A stretch of DNA of 39,254 nucleotides from a virus (IMGVR_UViG_3300048861_000058:1-39254), one strand, 5' to 3'. Positions 7,413 to 15,388 are shown, numbered from the stretch's first letter. Notes: generated by a model from the sequence alone, not told the origin. Made by a program: numbers and translations.

Positions 7413-8218
7413 ATGAGCTGGCTCTTTTCGCGGGCGCTGGTGGAGGAACACTCGGAGGCCACCTCCTCGGGTGGCGAACCGTCTGCGCCGTTGAGCGTGA
7501 TGCCTACGCCGCACAAGTTCTCGCGCAACGACAAAACGATGGAACCCTCAGACCTTTCCCGATTTGGTCTGACGTGTGCAGTTTTGACGGAAGACCGTGG
7601 CGAGGAGTTGTTGACATCATATCTGGCGGCTTTCCGTGCCAGGACATCAGCGCGGCGGGGAAAGGGGCCGGGATCGAAGGCGAGCGCAGTGGGCTGTGGA
7701 AAGAGTTTGCCAGGATTGTTTGCGAGGTTCGACCTCGATTCGTCTTCGTGGAAAACAGTCCAGCCCTCACTTTTCGGGGACTCGGAGTCGTTCTCGGAGA
7801 CTTGGCCTCGATGGGGTTCTATGCGGAATGGGGAGTGCTTTCTGCGGCGGACGCCGGAGCTTCCCATCTGCGAGAGCGCCTCTGGATTGTGGCAGACGCT
7901 GGTGGCAGACGATGCAGTCCCCAGGAAAGCAGGCAAATGGAACAGCCGCGGCGAACCGAAACTCAGTGCCCAAGTGAAGCTGGCACCGACCCTGACCGTG
8001 CATGGCAACTACAACCGCCGGGGCGCGAGTGCAACGAGTGGGAATGGCTTGATAACCGTCCTGCGGGAACTCGGCTCGCTGGATGGCCAGTTGAACCCGG
8101 AATGGGCCGAATGGTTCATGGGATGGCCAATCGGGAGCTCCGGATTAGAGCCCTTGGAAACGGCCAGGTTCCGCGAGTGGCAGCAGCAGCATTCCATCTT
8201 CTCTCTACCCGATTCTAA
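7409..8218 (+). CDS. DNA cytosine-5 methyltransferase, alpha-like chain (motifs I-VIII and X)
   Basis: LFAGAGG, GGFPCQDIS, FVENS, HLRERLWIV, RALGNGQVP. Confidence 0.92.
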   Translation: MNELALFAGAGGGTLGGHLLGWRTVCAVERDAYAAQVLAQRQNDGTLRPFPIWSDVCSFDGRPWRGVVDIISGGFPCQDISAAGKGAGIEGERSGLWKEFARIVCEVRPRFVFVENSPALTFRGLGVVLGDLASMGFYAEWGVLSAADAGASHLRERLWIVADAGGRRCSPQESRQMEQPRRTETQCPSEAGTDPDRAWQLQPPGRECNEWEWLDNRPAGTRLAGWPVEPGMGRMVHGMANRELRIRALGNGQVPRVAAAAFHLLSTRF

Positions 8219-8231
8219 GGAAGCAGCATGA
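7413..8231 (+). CDS. Overlapping +1-frame ORF, putative MTase beta chain carrying motif IX
   Basis: 272 aa stop-free across the whole MTase; LNPEWAEWFMGWPIG; ends KEAA with ATGA coupling to the next gene. Confidence 0.7.
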   Translation: MSWLFSRALVEEHSEATSSGGEPSAPLSVMPTPHKFSRNDKTMEPSDLSRFGLTCAVLTEDRGEELLTSYLAAFRARTSARRGKGPGSKASAVGCGKSLPGLFARFDLDSSSWKTVQPSLFGDSESFSETWPRWGSMRNGECFLRRTPELPICESASGLWQTLVADDAVPRKAGKWNSRGEPKLSAQVKLAPTLTVHGNYNRRGASATSGNGLITVLRELGSLDGQLNPEWAEWFMGWPIGSSGLEPLETARFREWQQQHSIFSLPDSKEAA

Positions 8232-8434
8232 CCTCCCCCATATACCACGGAGAATTGCCGCCCGACGAAAAACGCCGAATCGCTTCTGCAATCCGCCATG
8301 CGATGGCATCGGACAAATTGTCCGTTGTCGCAGCGATCACTGGCATTGACGAACAGCGGTTGAAGAAGCTGGCCAAAACGCCTGAACTTATGGGGTACAG
8401 CGAGCAACTGACTTTGGGGGCGAATCTATCATGA
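8228..8434 (+). CDS. Hypothetical protein (68 aa)
   Basis: ATGA overlaps at both ends. Confidence 0.7.
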   Translation: MTSPIYHGELPPDEKRRIASAIRHAMASDKLSVVAAITGIDEQRLKKLAKTPELMGYSEQLTLGANLS

Positions 8435-8802
8435 CCGAACGAGAATTGCCGCCCCCACCAGCTTCCAAACTGCCGAGCTGGGACGAATGCTCCCTCCGCG
8501 TCCACAACTCCAATATCGTCGCAAAGCGCGTGGCCGAAGGCGGATATGGCCCAGACCACGATAGCAAGCTCGCGTCGGAGCTTCACCGCTTCATCTACGA
8601 ATACGACGATGTTGACGACTATCGGAGCGCTTGGTTCCGTCATCGCCTGGAACTACTCCTGGCCGATAACGAGGCTCGCATCCGGGCAGATGAGCGGGGG
8701 AAGGTGAGCGCGGAGATTACTGAAACCGCAGCCCGGATCGTGGAGATTCACGAGTCGAAAGCCGCCCATGCGATCCGCGAACTACAGGAATCGAGACCAT
8801 GA
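8431..8802 (+). CDS. Hypothetical protein (123 aa)
   Basis: ATGA overlaps. Confidence 0.7.
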   Translation: MTERELPPPPASKLPSWDECSLRVHNSNIVAKRVAEGGYGPDHDSKLASELHRFIYEYDDVDDYRSAWFRHRLELLLADNEARIRADERGKVSAEITETAARIVEIHESKAAHAIRELQESRP

Positions 8803-9629
8803 CCGATAAGAACCTGCTGACCGACGATGAAATAAAAGATGCCTGCGATGCCATCGACTTCGGGACGATGGTTACGGCGGACGACTATATCTATGTGATT
8901 GCCCGCGCCATCGAACAGGCCGTGCTATCGCGCCTGCCTGCCGCCAGCAATGCAGATGACGCCGTAACCGTGCTGCCAGACGGTAGCGCCTTTGCCGTCG
9001 CGTCGTACCCGTTGCCGAAAGATCATTGGTTATACGCGGATCGAGAGTACGAACCGGGTGCAGACGAGCCCAAGGAATTACCCACGCCGATTCTGACGCA
9101 TGACCATCACGATGTTGTAGTGGCGGCGGTCCGATACGCTGTACGCGGTGCCACGATGTGCGGCAAGGAAAGCGACTTCGACCCCGATGCGCTGGTGCAG
9201 AACGCCGTCTATGCGCTGTGCGGGCCTTTTACGAGAAACCCTGTCTTGCCTGCCGCGGCGAATGCATTGAAAGACGCCATCGTCCATGGCACCGGCGTTA
9301 TGGTTGGTGACAGGCATGTACCGATAGACCAAGTGATGAAGCCTGCCACGGTGGCGCAGGGCGACGAGCGGGACGGTTGGGTGCGCGTGGAAGACCGCTT
9401 GCCGGAGAAGGACGTACCGGTCCTGGTGTTCACGCCAGGCAATGACAACCTCAAGTTCCATATCGACGAGTGGACTACCTATCGCGAGTCGCCTGTTAGC
9501 TGGAGCACGGTAACGGTCGAAACCGGCGAAGGCTGGGGCGATCACGAATTCGAAGAAGTCACACACTGGCGGCCGTTGAACGAACCGGCCCGCGCAGCCA
9601 TGAGCACCCAGGGAGGCGGCGATGCCTAA
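8799..9629 (+). CDS. Mosaic phage protein with C-terminal DUF551-like domain
   Basis: GWVRVEDRLPE...VLV...VTHWRPL.EP. Confidence 0.75.
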   Translation: MTDKNLLTDDEIKDACDAIDFGTMVTADDYIYVIARAIEQAVLSRLPAASNADDAVTVLPDGSAFAVASYPLPKDHWLYADREYEPGADEPKELPTPILTHDHHDVVVAAVRYAVRGATMCGKESDFDPDALVQNAVYALCGPFTRNPVLPAAANALKDAIVHGTGVMVGDRHVPIDQVMKPATVAQGDERDGWVRVEDRLPEKDVPVLVFTPGNDNLKFHIDEWTTYRESPVSWSTVTVETGEGWGDHEFEEVTHWRPLNEPARAAMSTQGGGDA

Positions 9630-9891
9630 GTTTCAGTGCTGGATACCGGACTACGGGCACGAGCCAGAGGACGGCAAAGAAATCGACGCCTACGATGCCG
9701 AGGGTGCTGCCGCGATGTTCATGGAGTACTACGAGGCACGTTCAGCCGAATACCCGGTGGCGTCCGGTGAAACGCAGGTCGTGGCGGTTTCACAGGATGG
9801 ACAAGAGCCCGTCATGTTCTCGGTGTGGGGTGAGGCGCGGCCGACTTACTACGCGCGAGCCCAGCGTAAGGGAGGCGGCGATGCGGCATAA
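9622..9891 (+). CDS. Hypothetical protein (89 aa)
   Basis: GGAGG RBS; operon packing. Confidence 0.7.
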   Translation: MPKFQCWIPDYGHEPEDGKEIDAYDAEGAAAMFMEYYEARSAEYPVASGETQVVAVSQDGQEPVMFSVWGEARPTYYARAQRKGGGDAA

Positions 9892-10060
9892 AGAATGCAC
9901 CCAATGTTTTGCTTCCCTGAAAGGGTACGACACCTGCTCCGGGTGCACCGTTTGTTCAAGTTGCTATCGAAGAAATGTTGATGCTATCCAAAAAGAAAAG
10001 CTCAGAAAGCAGGCGCTGAAATCCGTGATGCCTCAACCCAAGTGGGACAGCAATGACTGA
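9881..10060 (+). CDS. Small Cys-rich protein (59 aa)
   Basis: GGAGG RBS; three CxxC pairs. Confidence 0.6.
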   Translation: MRHKECTQCFASLKGYDTCSGCTVCSSCYRRNVDAIQKEKLRKQALKSVMPQPKWDSND

Positions 10061-10430
10061 GCAACTTTCGATATTCGCAGGCATCTGCTGGCGCTGTTGG
10101 CCGGCCATGTCGTGCAAGTTCAAGCCGGACGATACCGAGGCCGAGCGGATGCGCGGTGAGATTTTCGTTCTAGACCGCGAATTGCAGCGAGAAAACCGGC
10201 GTGCTCGTGAGTTCGCCGATGCGCTCCGTTCATTGGCCACCACTGTCTGGGATGTGCGCGAGGCACGTATGGAATCGGACGGTTTAGACGGCTTGCCCGC
10301 AGACCTGTTCGACCTCGGCCAGAAGGCCCAGGAAGTCGCGGCGTTACTCAATGAGCCACGCAACCAGGACCGCGTATCGGCGCTCTATCGACGCCTGGAA
10401 AACCCTCAGCAGGAGGACGGCGATGCTTAG
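10053..10430 (+). CDS. Hypothetical protein (125 aa)
   Basis: Operon packing. Confidence 0.65.
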   Translation: MTEQLSIFAGICWRCWPAMSCKFKPDDTEAERMRGEIFVLDRELQRENRRAREFADALRSLATTVWDVREARMESDGLDGLPADLFDLGQKAQEVAALLNEPRNQDRVSALYRRLENPQQEDGDA

Positions 10431-10617
10431 ATTCATCATCTGCAACAAATGGCGCGATGGGCATAGCGGTGCCGAGGGCGAGCGTCTTATCACGCTCGAC
10501 GTTGATGTACCGGAGCTGCACGACGCATTGACCGTGGGTGGCTACAGCGAGCACAGCTACGACATTGCGCAACTGATCGGGGTGGAGATACTGCCCCAGC
10601 CTGAGAAGGGGGAATGA
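10423..10617 (+). CDS. Hypothetical protein (64 aa)
   Basis: AGGAGG RBS before MLRFIIC. Confidence 0.65.
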   Translation: MLRFIICNKWRDGHSGAEGERLITLDVDVPELHDALTVGGYSEHSYDIAQLIGVEILPQPEKGE

Positions 10618-10979
10618 TGGAAATCCGAAACGCAATCATCAAGTCCGCAAGGATCACAACTGCCGACTACGGCCTGCTCACCGTGTGGGTTGAGCTCGAC
10701 TATGGAGACAGTTGCCAAGGGTTCGGCGGTTACGGCTTGTTCAGGCCCGAGTCTCCCAGCTTCGCGAATGCCAACTACGCAGGCCTGTTCGTCTGGCGTG
10801 TCATGGAAGTGGCCGGCGTGGATGATTGGGACAAGCTGACCGGGAAAACCATCCGAGTGCGAGCGGAGCACTCCAAGGTGCACAGCATTGGGCACATTGT
10901 TAAGGACATCTGGTTTGATCCGGAAGCGGAGATCAACCGCATGAAGCGCAAGCAGGAGGACGACACCAATGGACGCTAA
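10614..10979 (+). CDS. Hypothetical phage protein (121 aa)
   Basis: ATGA overlap; QGFGGY..L motif. Confidence 0.75.
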   Translation: MMEIRNAIIKSARITTADYGLLTVWVELDYGDSCQGFGGYGLFRPESPSFANANYAGLFVWRVMEVAGVDDWDKLTGKTIRVRAEHSKVHSIGHIVKDIWFDPEAEINRMKRKQEDDTNGR

Positions 10980-11379
10980 GACCGATGGCTGCAAATGCTC
11001 GTTCCGCATCCGCATGGTGGGCGACGGTTGCCGCTACTGCCAGCCGCAGGAGTACATCGACCGGTTGCACGACAACGCGAAAGACGATCAAGAGGAGATC
11101 GATAGGCAAGCCGCCCAGATAGCCGACCTTACCGCCGACCGAGATTCTTGGCGCGATCAAGCAAGCCAGCGAGTCAAGGATTGGGATGACATGCGCCAGG
11201 AGCGGGATAAGGCTTTGGCGAGGGTTGGGGAACTGGAGGCGGACGCGGAAATGTGGCGCACCTTGAAATGGATCGCCAGTGATCCAGACTTCGAGTTGAT
11301 GATCGACGCTGGAGGGTTCGCTTTGTTGATCGCCACGGTTGAACAGCACCGCGCTGCCGCTGCACAAGGAGGCAGGTGA
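10969..11379 (+). CDS. Hypothetical protein with Cys cluster and coiled coil
   Basis: CKCSFR...GDGCRYCQP; GGAGG RBS. Confidence 0.7.
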   Translation: MDAKTDGCKCSFRIRMVGDGCRYCQPQEYIDRLHDNAKDDQEEIDRQAAQIADLTADRDSWRDQASQRVKDWDDMRQERDKALARVGELEADAEMWRTLKWIASDPDFELMIDAGGFALLIATVEQHRAAAAQGGR

Positions 11380-11795
11380 TGGCTCTGATGATCCAACTCC
11401 AATGGCCGAAGTTCGGATACAAGCGCGCCACTCTGTTCGGCGAAGGAAGGATCGCAATCTCCCTCACGAACCTTGGGCCACTCTGCATCATCAAGTTCGA
11501 CGTTAGTCACGCGCGAGCCTTCAGTGAATTCCTGAAGACGAATCTTGCACTGGAAGAGTATCTGGCCGAGCATGCGCCAGCAGTCCGACTGGCAAAGAAA
11601 CGGGCGCAAAGCCGAGCAAAGCTAGAGGCTCGGGAATGGGCACAAGCTGACATCGAATATTGGCGCGATGCATACCATCGGGAGGCTGAAAAGGCGGCCA
11701 AGTATTCGAGCGAAAATCTCAAGATGAGCTACGCGATTGACGTTCTCAGCAAGCAACGCGCTGCGCTAGGCGGCCAACAGGAGAAGAAGGGATGA
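11376..11795 (+). CDS. Hypothetical protein (139 aa)
   Basis: GTGA overlap, RBS. Confidence 0.65.
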   Translation: MMALMIQLQWPKFGYKRATLFGEGRIAISLTNLGPLCIIKFDVSHARAFSEFLKTNLALEEYLAEHAPAVRLAKKRAQSRAKLEAREWAQADIEYWRDAYHREAEKAAKYSSENLKMSYAIDVLSKQRAALGGQQEKKG

Positions 11796-12019
11796 GGCAG
11801 ACGAAACTCGGCTACTACGGGACTATCGAAAAGCCTGCGGAACCCCACTACAAGAGCGAGGTGTGCTGCGTAGTGTGTGGGTGGCCAGAAGATACGGCGG
11901 TACATCTTCCGCCTGCTGGGGCACCGCCTGGAACGCCTCCGTTTGACCATGCATATATCGCGAACGCTTCGCAATCGATCATCAAGAGAGGAGGCCGCCA
12001 TGCAAAGCAAGCTGACTAA
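11792..12019 (+). CDS. Hypothetical protein (75 aa)
   Basis: ATGA overlap. Confidence 0.6.
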   Translation: MRQTKLGYYGTIEKPAEPHYKSEVCCVVCGWPEDTAVHLPPAGAPPGTPPFDHAYIANASQSIIKRGGRHAKQAD

Positions 12020-12221
12020 GTTCCACCACGCCTACGACCGCTATTGGGAGAAGGTGGAAAGAGCGCTGGCCGTGCAATATCACCGTCCCGAAGGACAGGC
12101 ATCCGACTGGGTGGCAGACAAGATGCAACAGTTGTCGGAAGAGGGAACAGGCGATCCTGTAATCCCCTCCGATCCTCCAGAGCGCATGGCCCAGGAGATA
12201 TTCATGGAGCGGGCGGAGTGA
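12000..12221 (+). CDS. Hypothetical protein (73 aa)
   Basis: GAGGAGG RBS before MQSKLTK. Confidence 0.65.
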   Translation: MQSKLTKFHHAYDRYWEKVERALAVQYHRPEGQASDWVADKMQQLSEEGTGDPVIPSDPPERMAQEIFMERAE

Positions 12222-12547
12222 ATTCTGAACGAGCCCTGACCCTGCGGGAAGTCGCGGAGCTTACCGGGTTCTGCTACGACACGATCTTCGCCAAGAGAAA
12301 GCAGCTCGGCTTCCGTCTTCCGAATAGCCGTGAATGGCGAGTCTGGCCCTCCCGCCTTGCCGAACTGACAGAAAAGCGGTCCAATCTGACCCGGCTAAGT
12401 CTGCGGGTAGAGGAAGAAAAATGCCCATCCGCAAAGGTGCCAATGGCATCTATAAGCTTGACCTCCGCACGCCAGGCGGAGAAAGAATTAGACGCTCTAC
12501 TGGCACAAAGGACCGCAAAGCAGCGCAGGAATACCACGACCAGCTAA
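12218..12547 (+). CDS. xis: Excisionase-like HTH protein
   Basis: LTLREVAELTGFCYDTI...GFRLP...EWRV; overlaps the 5' end of the integrase. Confidence 0.65.
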   Translation: MNSERALTLREVAELTGFCYDTIFAKRKQLGFRLPNSREWRVWPSRLAELTEKRSNLTRLSLRVEEEKCPSAKVPMASISLTSARQAEKELDALLAQRTAKQRRNTTTS

Positions 12548-13491
12548 AGGCCACGCTATGGCGCATGGACAAGCTGGGTGAGGAACCTGATCGGATGTTC
12601 GATGAGGCTGCCTTACGGTTCCTGACGCTCTACGCGAACTCCCGGGACTATCGCAACAAGCTCCGGCATGTCGCGTGGTGGAGGGAGCGATTCAAGCAGC
12701 GCACGATTCGTTCTTTAACCGCTGGCGACGTTCTAGACGCGGCGCCGACGCACCTTATCCGAGAGAACCATCCGCCTAAGGCTTTGGCTCCGGCCACCAT
12801 CAACCGCTACGTAGCGACGATGGCGCGGATTCTTTCACTCTGCGAAGAGTGGGGCTGGATCAGCAAGGCTCCGAAACTCACCCTTCAGGAAGAACCTGAA
12901 ACCCGGGTCCGCTGGGAGCCTAAGCACGTAATCGTGAAGCTGATCAAAGCTATGTCAGTGAGCTGGATGCAGGAGCTTTCCCTGTTCGCCGTATCGACAG
13001 GAATGAGGCAGAGCGAGATTACGACCCTCACTTGGTCTCAGGTCGACATGGCGAAGAGCCACGCCTACGTGACGGCACCAGGGGCTAAATCGAAGAAGGC
13101 CCGGGGTGTTCCTTTGAACGCAGACGCCATGCTGGTTCTGAAGCAACGGATGGGCAAGCACCCTACCCTGGTCTTCACCCGTTCGGAGAGCGCTATCGCC
13201 ATTCAGGAAGTTGACCGTCGCGTGCTGGCTAGAGCATGCAAAGCGGTCGGCATCGAGGATTTTCACTTCCACGACTTCCGACATACCTGGGCATCGTGGC
13301 ATATCCAGAGCGGGCAAACTTCGCTACTGGCGCTCAAGGAATTGGGCGGCTGGAAGAAGATCGAGATGGTTCTGAAGTACGCCCATCTCGCTCCGGATCA
13401 CCTGTCGCACCATGCTCATGCGGTCACGTTTTGGTCACTGCCCGAGGATCACAAAGAAAAACCGCCGGCTAGGGCGGTTCTAAGTGCTTGA
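12421..13491 (+). CDS. int: Tyrosine integrase
   Basis: TGMRQSEI, KSKK, HDFRHTWASW, LGGW, KYAHL. Confidence 0.96.
   Translation: MPIRKGANGIYKLDLRTPGGERIRRSTGTKDRKAAQEYHDQLKATLWRMDKLGEEPDRMFDEAALRFLTLYANSRDYRNKLRHVAWWRERFKQRTIRSLTAGDVLDAAPTHLIRENHPPKALAPATINRYVATMARILSLCEEWGWISKAPKLTLQEEPETRVRWEPKHVIVKLIKAMSVSWMQELSLFAVSTGMRQSEITTLTWSQVDMAKSHAYVTAPGAKSKKARGVPLNADAMLVLKQRMGKHPTLVFTRSESAIAIQEVDRRVLARACKAVGIEDFHFHDFRHTWASWHIQSGQTSLLALKELGGWKKIEMVLKYAHLAPDHLSHHAHAVTFWSLPEDHKEKPPARAVLSA
13422..13438 (+). promoter_or_regulatory. Putative integrase arm-type sites (left arm)
   Basis: GGTCACGTTTTGGTCAC, 16/17 identical to 13673-13689 on the other side of the core. Confidence 0.6.
13453..13479 (-). 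terminator. Intrinsic terminator downstream of the tRNA 3' end
   Basis: Minus strand AACCGCC-ctagcc-GGCGGTT-TTTCTTT. Confidence 0.65.
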
Positions 13492-13507
13492 AACCTCTAA
13501 GCTTTTT

Positions 13508-13554
13508 TGGCTCCCCGAGCTGGGCTCGAACCAGCGACCTGCGGATTAACAGTC
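13508..13554 (-). mobile_element. attP core: 3' half of tRNA-Asn(GTT)
   Basis: Minus strand GACTGTTAATCCGCAGGTCGCTGGTTCGAGCCCAGCTCGGGGAGCCA: anticodon loop, T-arm and CCA, with no 5' half; 16 bp from the int stop. Confidence 0.92.
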
Positions 13555-13672
13555 GCCCGGTTTCGGAGTGCTTCATAGCAGGAATCAGTGCTAGATCAAC
13601 AACTTGCAGGCTTAGCCACAACCTCAATCTTAGCCTGATTCCGTGCTTTTTGGGCCTGTTTTGACCTTCTTT

Positions 13673-13689
13673 GGACACGTTTTGGTCAC
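13673..13689 (+). promoter_or_regulatory. Putative integrase arm-type sites (right arm)
   Basis: GGACACGTTTTGGTCAC. Confidence 0.6.
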
Positions 13690-13697
13690 CCTCAGGA

Positions 13698-13727
13698 CTG
13701 GATACTTGAACAGTACATAGGTAGAAT
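13698..13727 (+). promoter_or_regulatory. LexA (SOS) box overlapping a sigma70 promoter
   Basis: a-CTGGATACTTGAACAG-ta (CTG-N10-CAG, 13698-13713); TGGATA-17 nt-TAGAAT. Confidence 0.75.
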
Positions 13728-13733
13728 GTAAGC

Positions 13734-13973
13734 GTCATCCGGTCCGCAAGGATCCGGCTTGAGTCTGAGGGGATCAAACCTCACAGCCGTCCGCGCTGGC
13801 GACGCTAAAGGCCAGCTCCATCAAGGCAGGGCGTTCCCCGGATCATGTTTCGGTTTCTGCGGACGCGTAGAGTAATGAGCGGTCTGCCTTGATGGTGAGG
13901 GACGGGCTCTAGCGTGCCGCTACGTGATGGTGCCTTCATCGGTTCGACTCCGACAATCCAGCGGATCACCATC
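13734..13973 (+). ncRNA. Putative large structured RNA or structured 5' leader
   Basis: Nested helices including a 13-bp stem 13818-13830/13883-13895, a GCAA tetraloop and a TTCGACT T-loop hairpin; G-U pairs favour the plus strand. Confidence 0.6.
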
Positions 13974-14028
13974 TTAAAGATTCTGGCCATTTCCTTTAAT
14001 AGCCTATCCGCTTATTTAAGGTGCTGTC

Positions 14029-14199
14029 ATGAGGCCCATCAAAGAATTCCGCCCTCCCGAACAGCCTGGGCCGACCTATCACGGTCAGCCGGTGGCCGAA
14101 CCATTTGTAGGACCGCCTGAGCCGTGGCAGATACGTGCACGCCAGGTGGGGAATTCGAAGAGAAAGCCTAGGAGGAAGGCTTCAGACACACCGTCGTGA
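14029..14199 (+). CDS. Small protein (56 aa), candidate SOS-induced antirepressor
   Basis: TAAGGT RBS; MRPIKEFRPPEQPGPTYHGQPVAEPFVGPPEPWQIRARQVGNSKRKPRRKASDTPS; function inferred from context only. Confidence 0.45.
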   Translation: MRPIKEFRPPEQPGPTYHGQPVAEPFVGPPEPWQIRARQVGNSKRKPRRKASDTPS

Positions 14200-14686
14200 T
14201 GTAGTCCTGAAGACCCTTTATTTTGATGGCGTCGGACTGGATTGCAGATCGGAGATCGAGAACAGTTTGTCCAGCAGCGGCAGTGAGTTCGATGCCGGCG
14301 CCATCAGGTCCGCTGGCGGAGCTGGGGGTAGTGGACAGCTGACCGCGTAGGGCTGCAATTGTGCTGGCTTGGAGGCGCACCCGCTTATCGCCAGAAGCCA
14401 CAGCAGCAGACAGAGTTTTGTTTTCATCCTGGACCGCCTGAAGTTTGGTTTGAGTATCTTGCGCGAGCTGCGCGTTGATGAGGTTCTTGCCTTGGAGGTC
14501 GGCCAGCTTCTGGGCATAGTCCGCTGCGGCAGCGTCTGAAACACCCTTGAGTTGGGTCGCATAGTTAGCTTGAAGCGTGTTGTATTTCGCCTCCCACCTC
14601 CAGCCGTTGACCCACCATCCACACCCTAGACCCACGGCCAGGGCAATCAAGACCAGAACGACAGGGCGCATCAGGAAAGCGAACAT
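14168..14686 (-). CDS. Rz: Rz-like inner-membrane spanin
   Basis: N-terminal TM, GWWVNGWRW, coiled coil, GDKRVRL, GLQDYITTVC; follows the endolysin. Confidence 0.88.
   Translation of the reverse strand: MFAFLMRPVVLVLIALAVGLGCGWWVNGWRWEAKYNTLQANYATQLKGVSDAAAADYAQKLADLQGKNLINAQLAQDTQTKLQAVQDENKTLSAAVASGDKRVRLQASTIAALRGQLSTTPSSASGPDGAGIELTAAAGQTVLDLRSAIQSDAIKIKGLQDYITTVCLKPSS
14218..14427 (-). CDS. Rz1: Rz1-like outer-membrane spanin lipoprotein embedded in Rz
   Basis: MKTKLCLLLWLLAISGC lipobox; Pro-rich CPLPPAPPADLM. Confidence 0.85.
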   Translation of the reverse strand: MKTKLCLLLWLLAISGCASKPAQLQPYAVSCPLPPAPPADLMAPASNSLPLLDKLFSISDLQSSPTPSK

Positions 14687-15156
14687 ACCCATTCCTCTGC
14701 CTCTCGGCGTAGTACCAACCCAGGAAGAACCTTTCCCCCTGCTAAGCGCCATTGGCGATATTCAGCACACGCCCCTTCGTAGTCCCCGGCATTGAGCTTC
14801 TTTAAGAGCGTGCTGCGAGCCAGGTTCCCAGCCCCGACGTTGTAGGTAAAGTCGATAAGCGCGGCTTTCTGGGTGGATGACAGGGGAACTTTGACCTGTC
14901 GATCCACCGCAGCTTGCGCAACGGCTAAATCCTTGTCCCTGAAGGCGTCGCACTGAGCGTCTGTGTAGGTTTTCCCAGGGATCACGTCAGGCCCGGTATG
15001 GCCTTCACAGACTGTCCATATCCCTGTCGCGTCCCGATAGGGCTTGTATTCCCGCCCTTCGAAATGGGTGACCAGGACACCCGCGATAGCAATGGCACTT
15101 GCACCTACGGCCACAAGGCTCTTGACGGTCTTGCTTAAGTTATTGGGGATCGGCAC
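14671..15156 (-). CDS. SAR endolysin, GH24 lysozyme
   Basis: Ala/Gly-rich N-terminal segment then FEG...Y.D..G.WT.C.GHT; AALIDFTYNVG; GLVLRREAE; start approximate. Confidence 0.92.
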   Translation of the reverse strand: MPIPNNLSKTVKSLVAVGASAIAIAGVLVTHFEGREYKPYRDATGIWTVCEGHTGPDVIPGKTYTDAQCDAFRDKDLAVAQAAVDRQVKVPLSSTQKAALIDFTYNVGAGNLARSTLLKKLNAGDYEGACAEYRQWRLAGGKVLPGLVLRREAEEWVCSLS

Positions 15157-15388
15157 GGCGTTTTGGCTTGATTGAGTTGGGACGCTGCGACCAGTTGCGC
15201 AGGGCAATACCCAAGATGCCTAAGATGCCCGTTGCAAAGCCTGACGCCACGGCGTGCCACGCATCGGGAGGGGTGTAGAGCGCAAGCAACGCCTCAGCGA
15301 CGGAGGCGACGACAATGGCTAAAAGAGCCCATACCGAGTACTTCTTGAAGATCGAGGACCAGCTTTCAGACTTGACGATGTGCTTCAT
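15140..15388 (-). CDS. Holin candidate (two TM segments)
   Basis: Adjacent to endolysin; two hydrophobic helices and a basic C-terminus. Confidence 0.7.
   Translation of the reverse strand: MKHIVKSESWSSIFKKYSVWALLAIVVASVAEALLALYTPPDAWHAVASGFATGILGILGIALRNWSQRPNSIKPKRRADPQ

Noticed and set aside
6953-8008. 351-aa minus-strand ORF opposite the MTase
   Set aside because: Antisense shadow in GC-rich, dual-coding DNA; no motifs
13508-13554. Intact tRNA-Asn gene
   Set aside because: D-arm and 5' acceptor strand are absent; similarity stops at the anticodon loop, as expected for attP
13761-13885. Hammerhead or twister ribozyme
   Set aside because: CTGAGG and TAATGAGC fragments are present, but the full conserved cores could not be assembled by eye
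13926-13973. tRNA or tmRNA 3' end (T-loop and CACCA)
   Set aside because: The T-arm is followed by 18 nt up to the CCA end rather than about 11, and there is no tmRNA 5' end or tag; kept only as part of the structured RNA
13469-14120. ORF-track calls 13469-13777, 13805-13990 and 13914-14120
   Set aside because: No convincing RBS or protein features; they cross attP and the structured region
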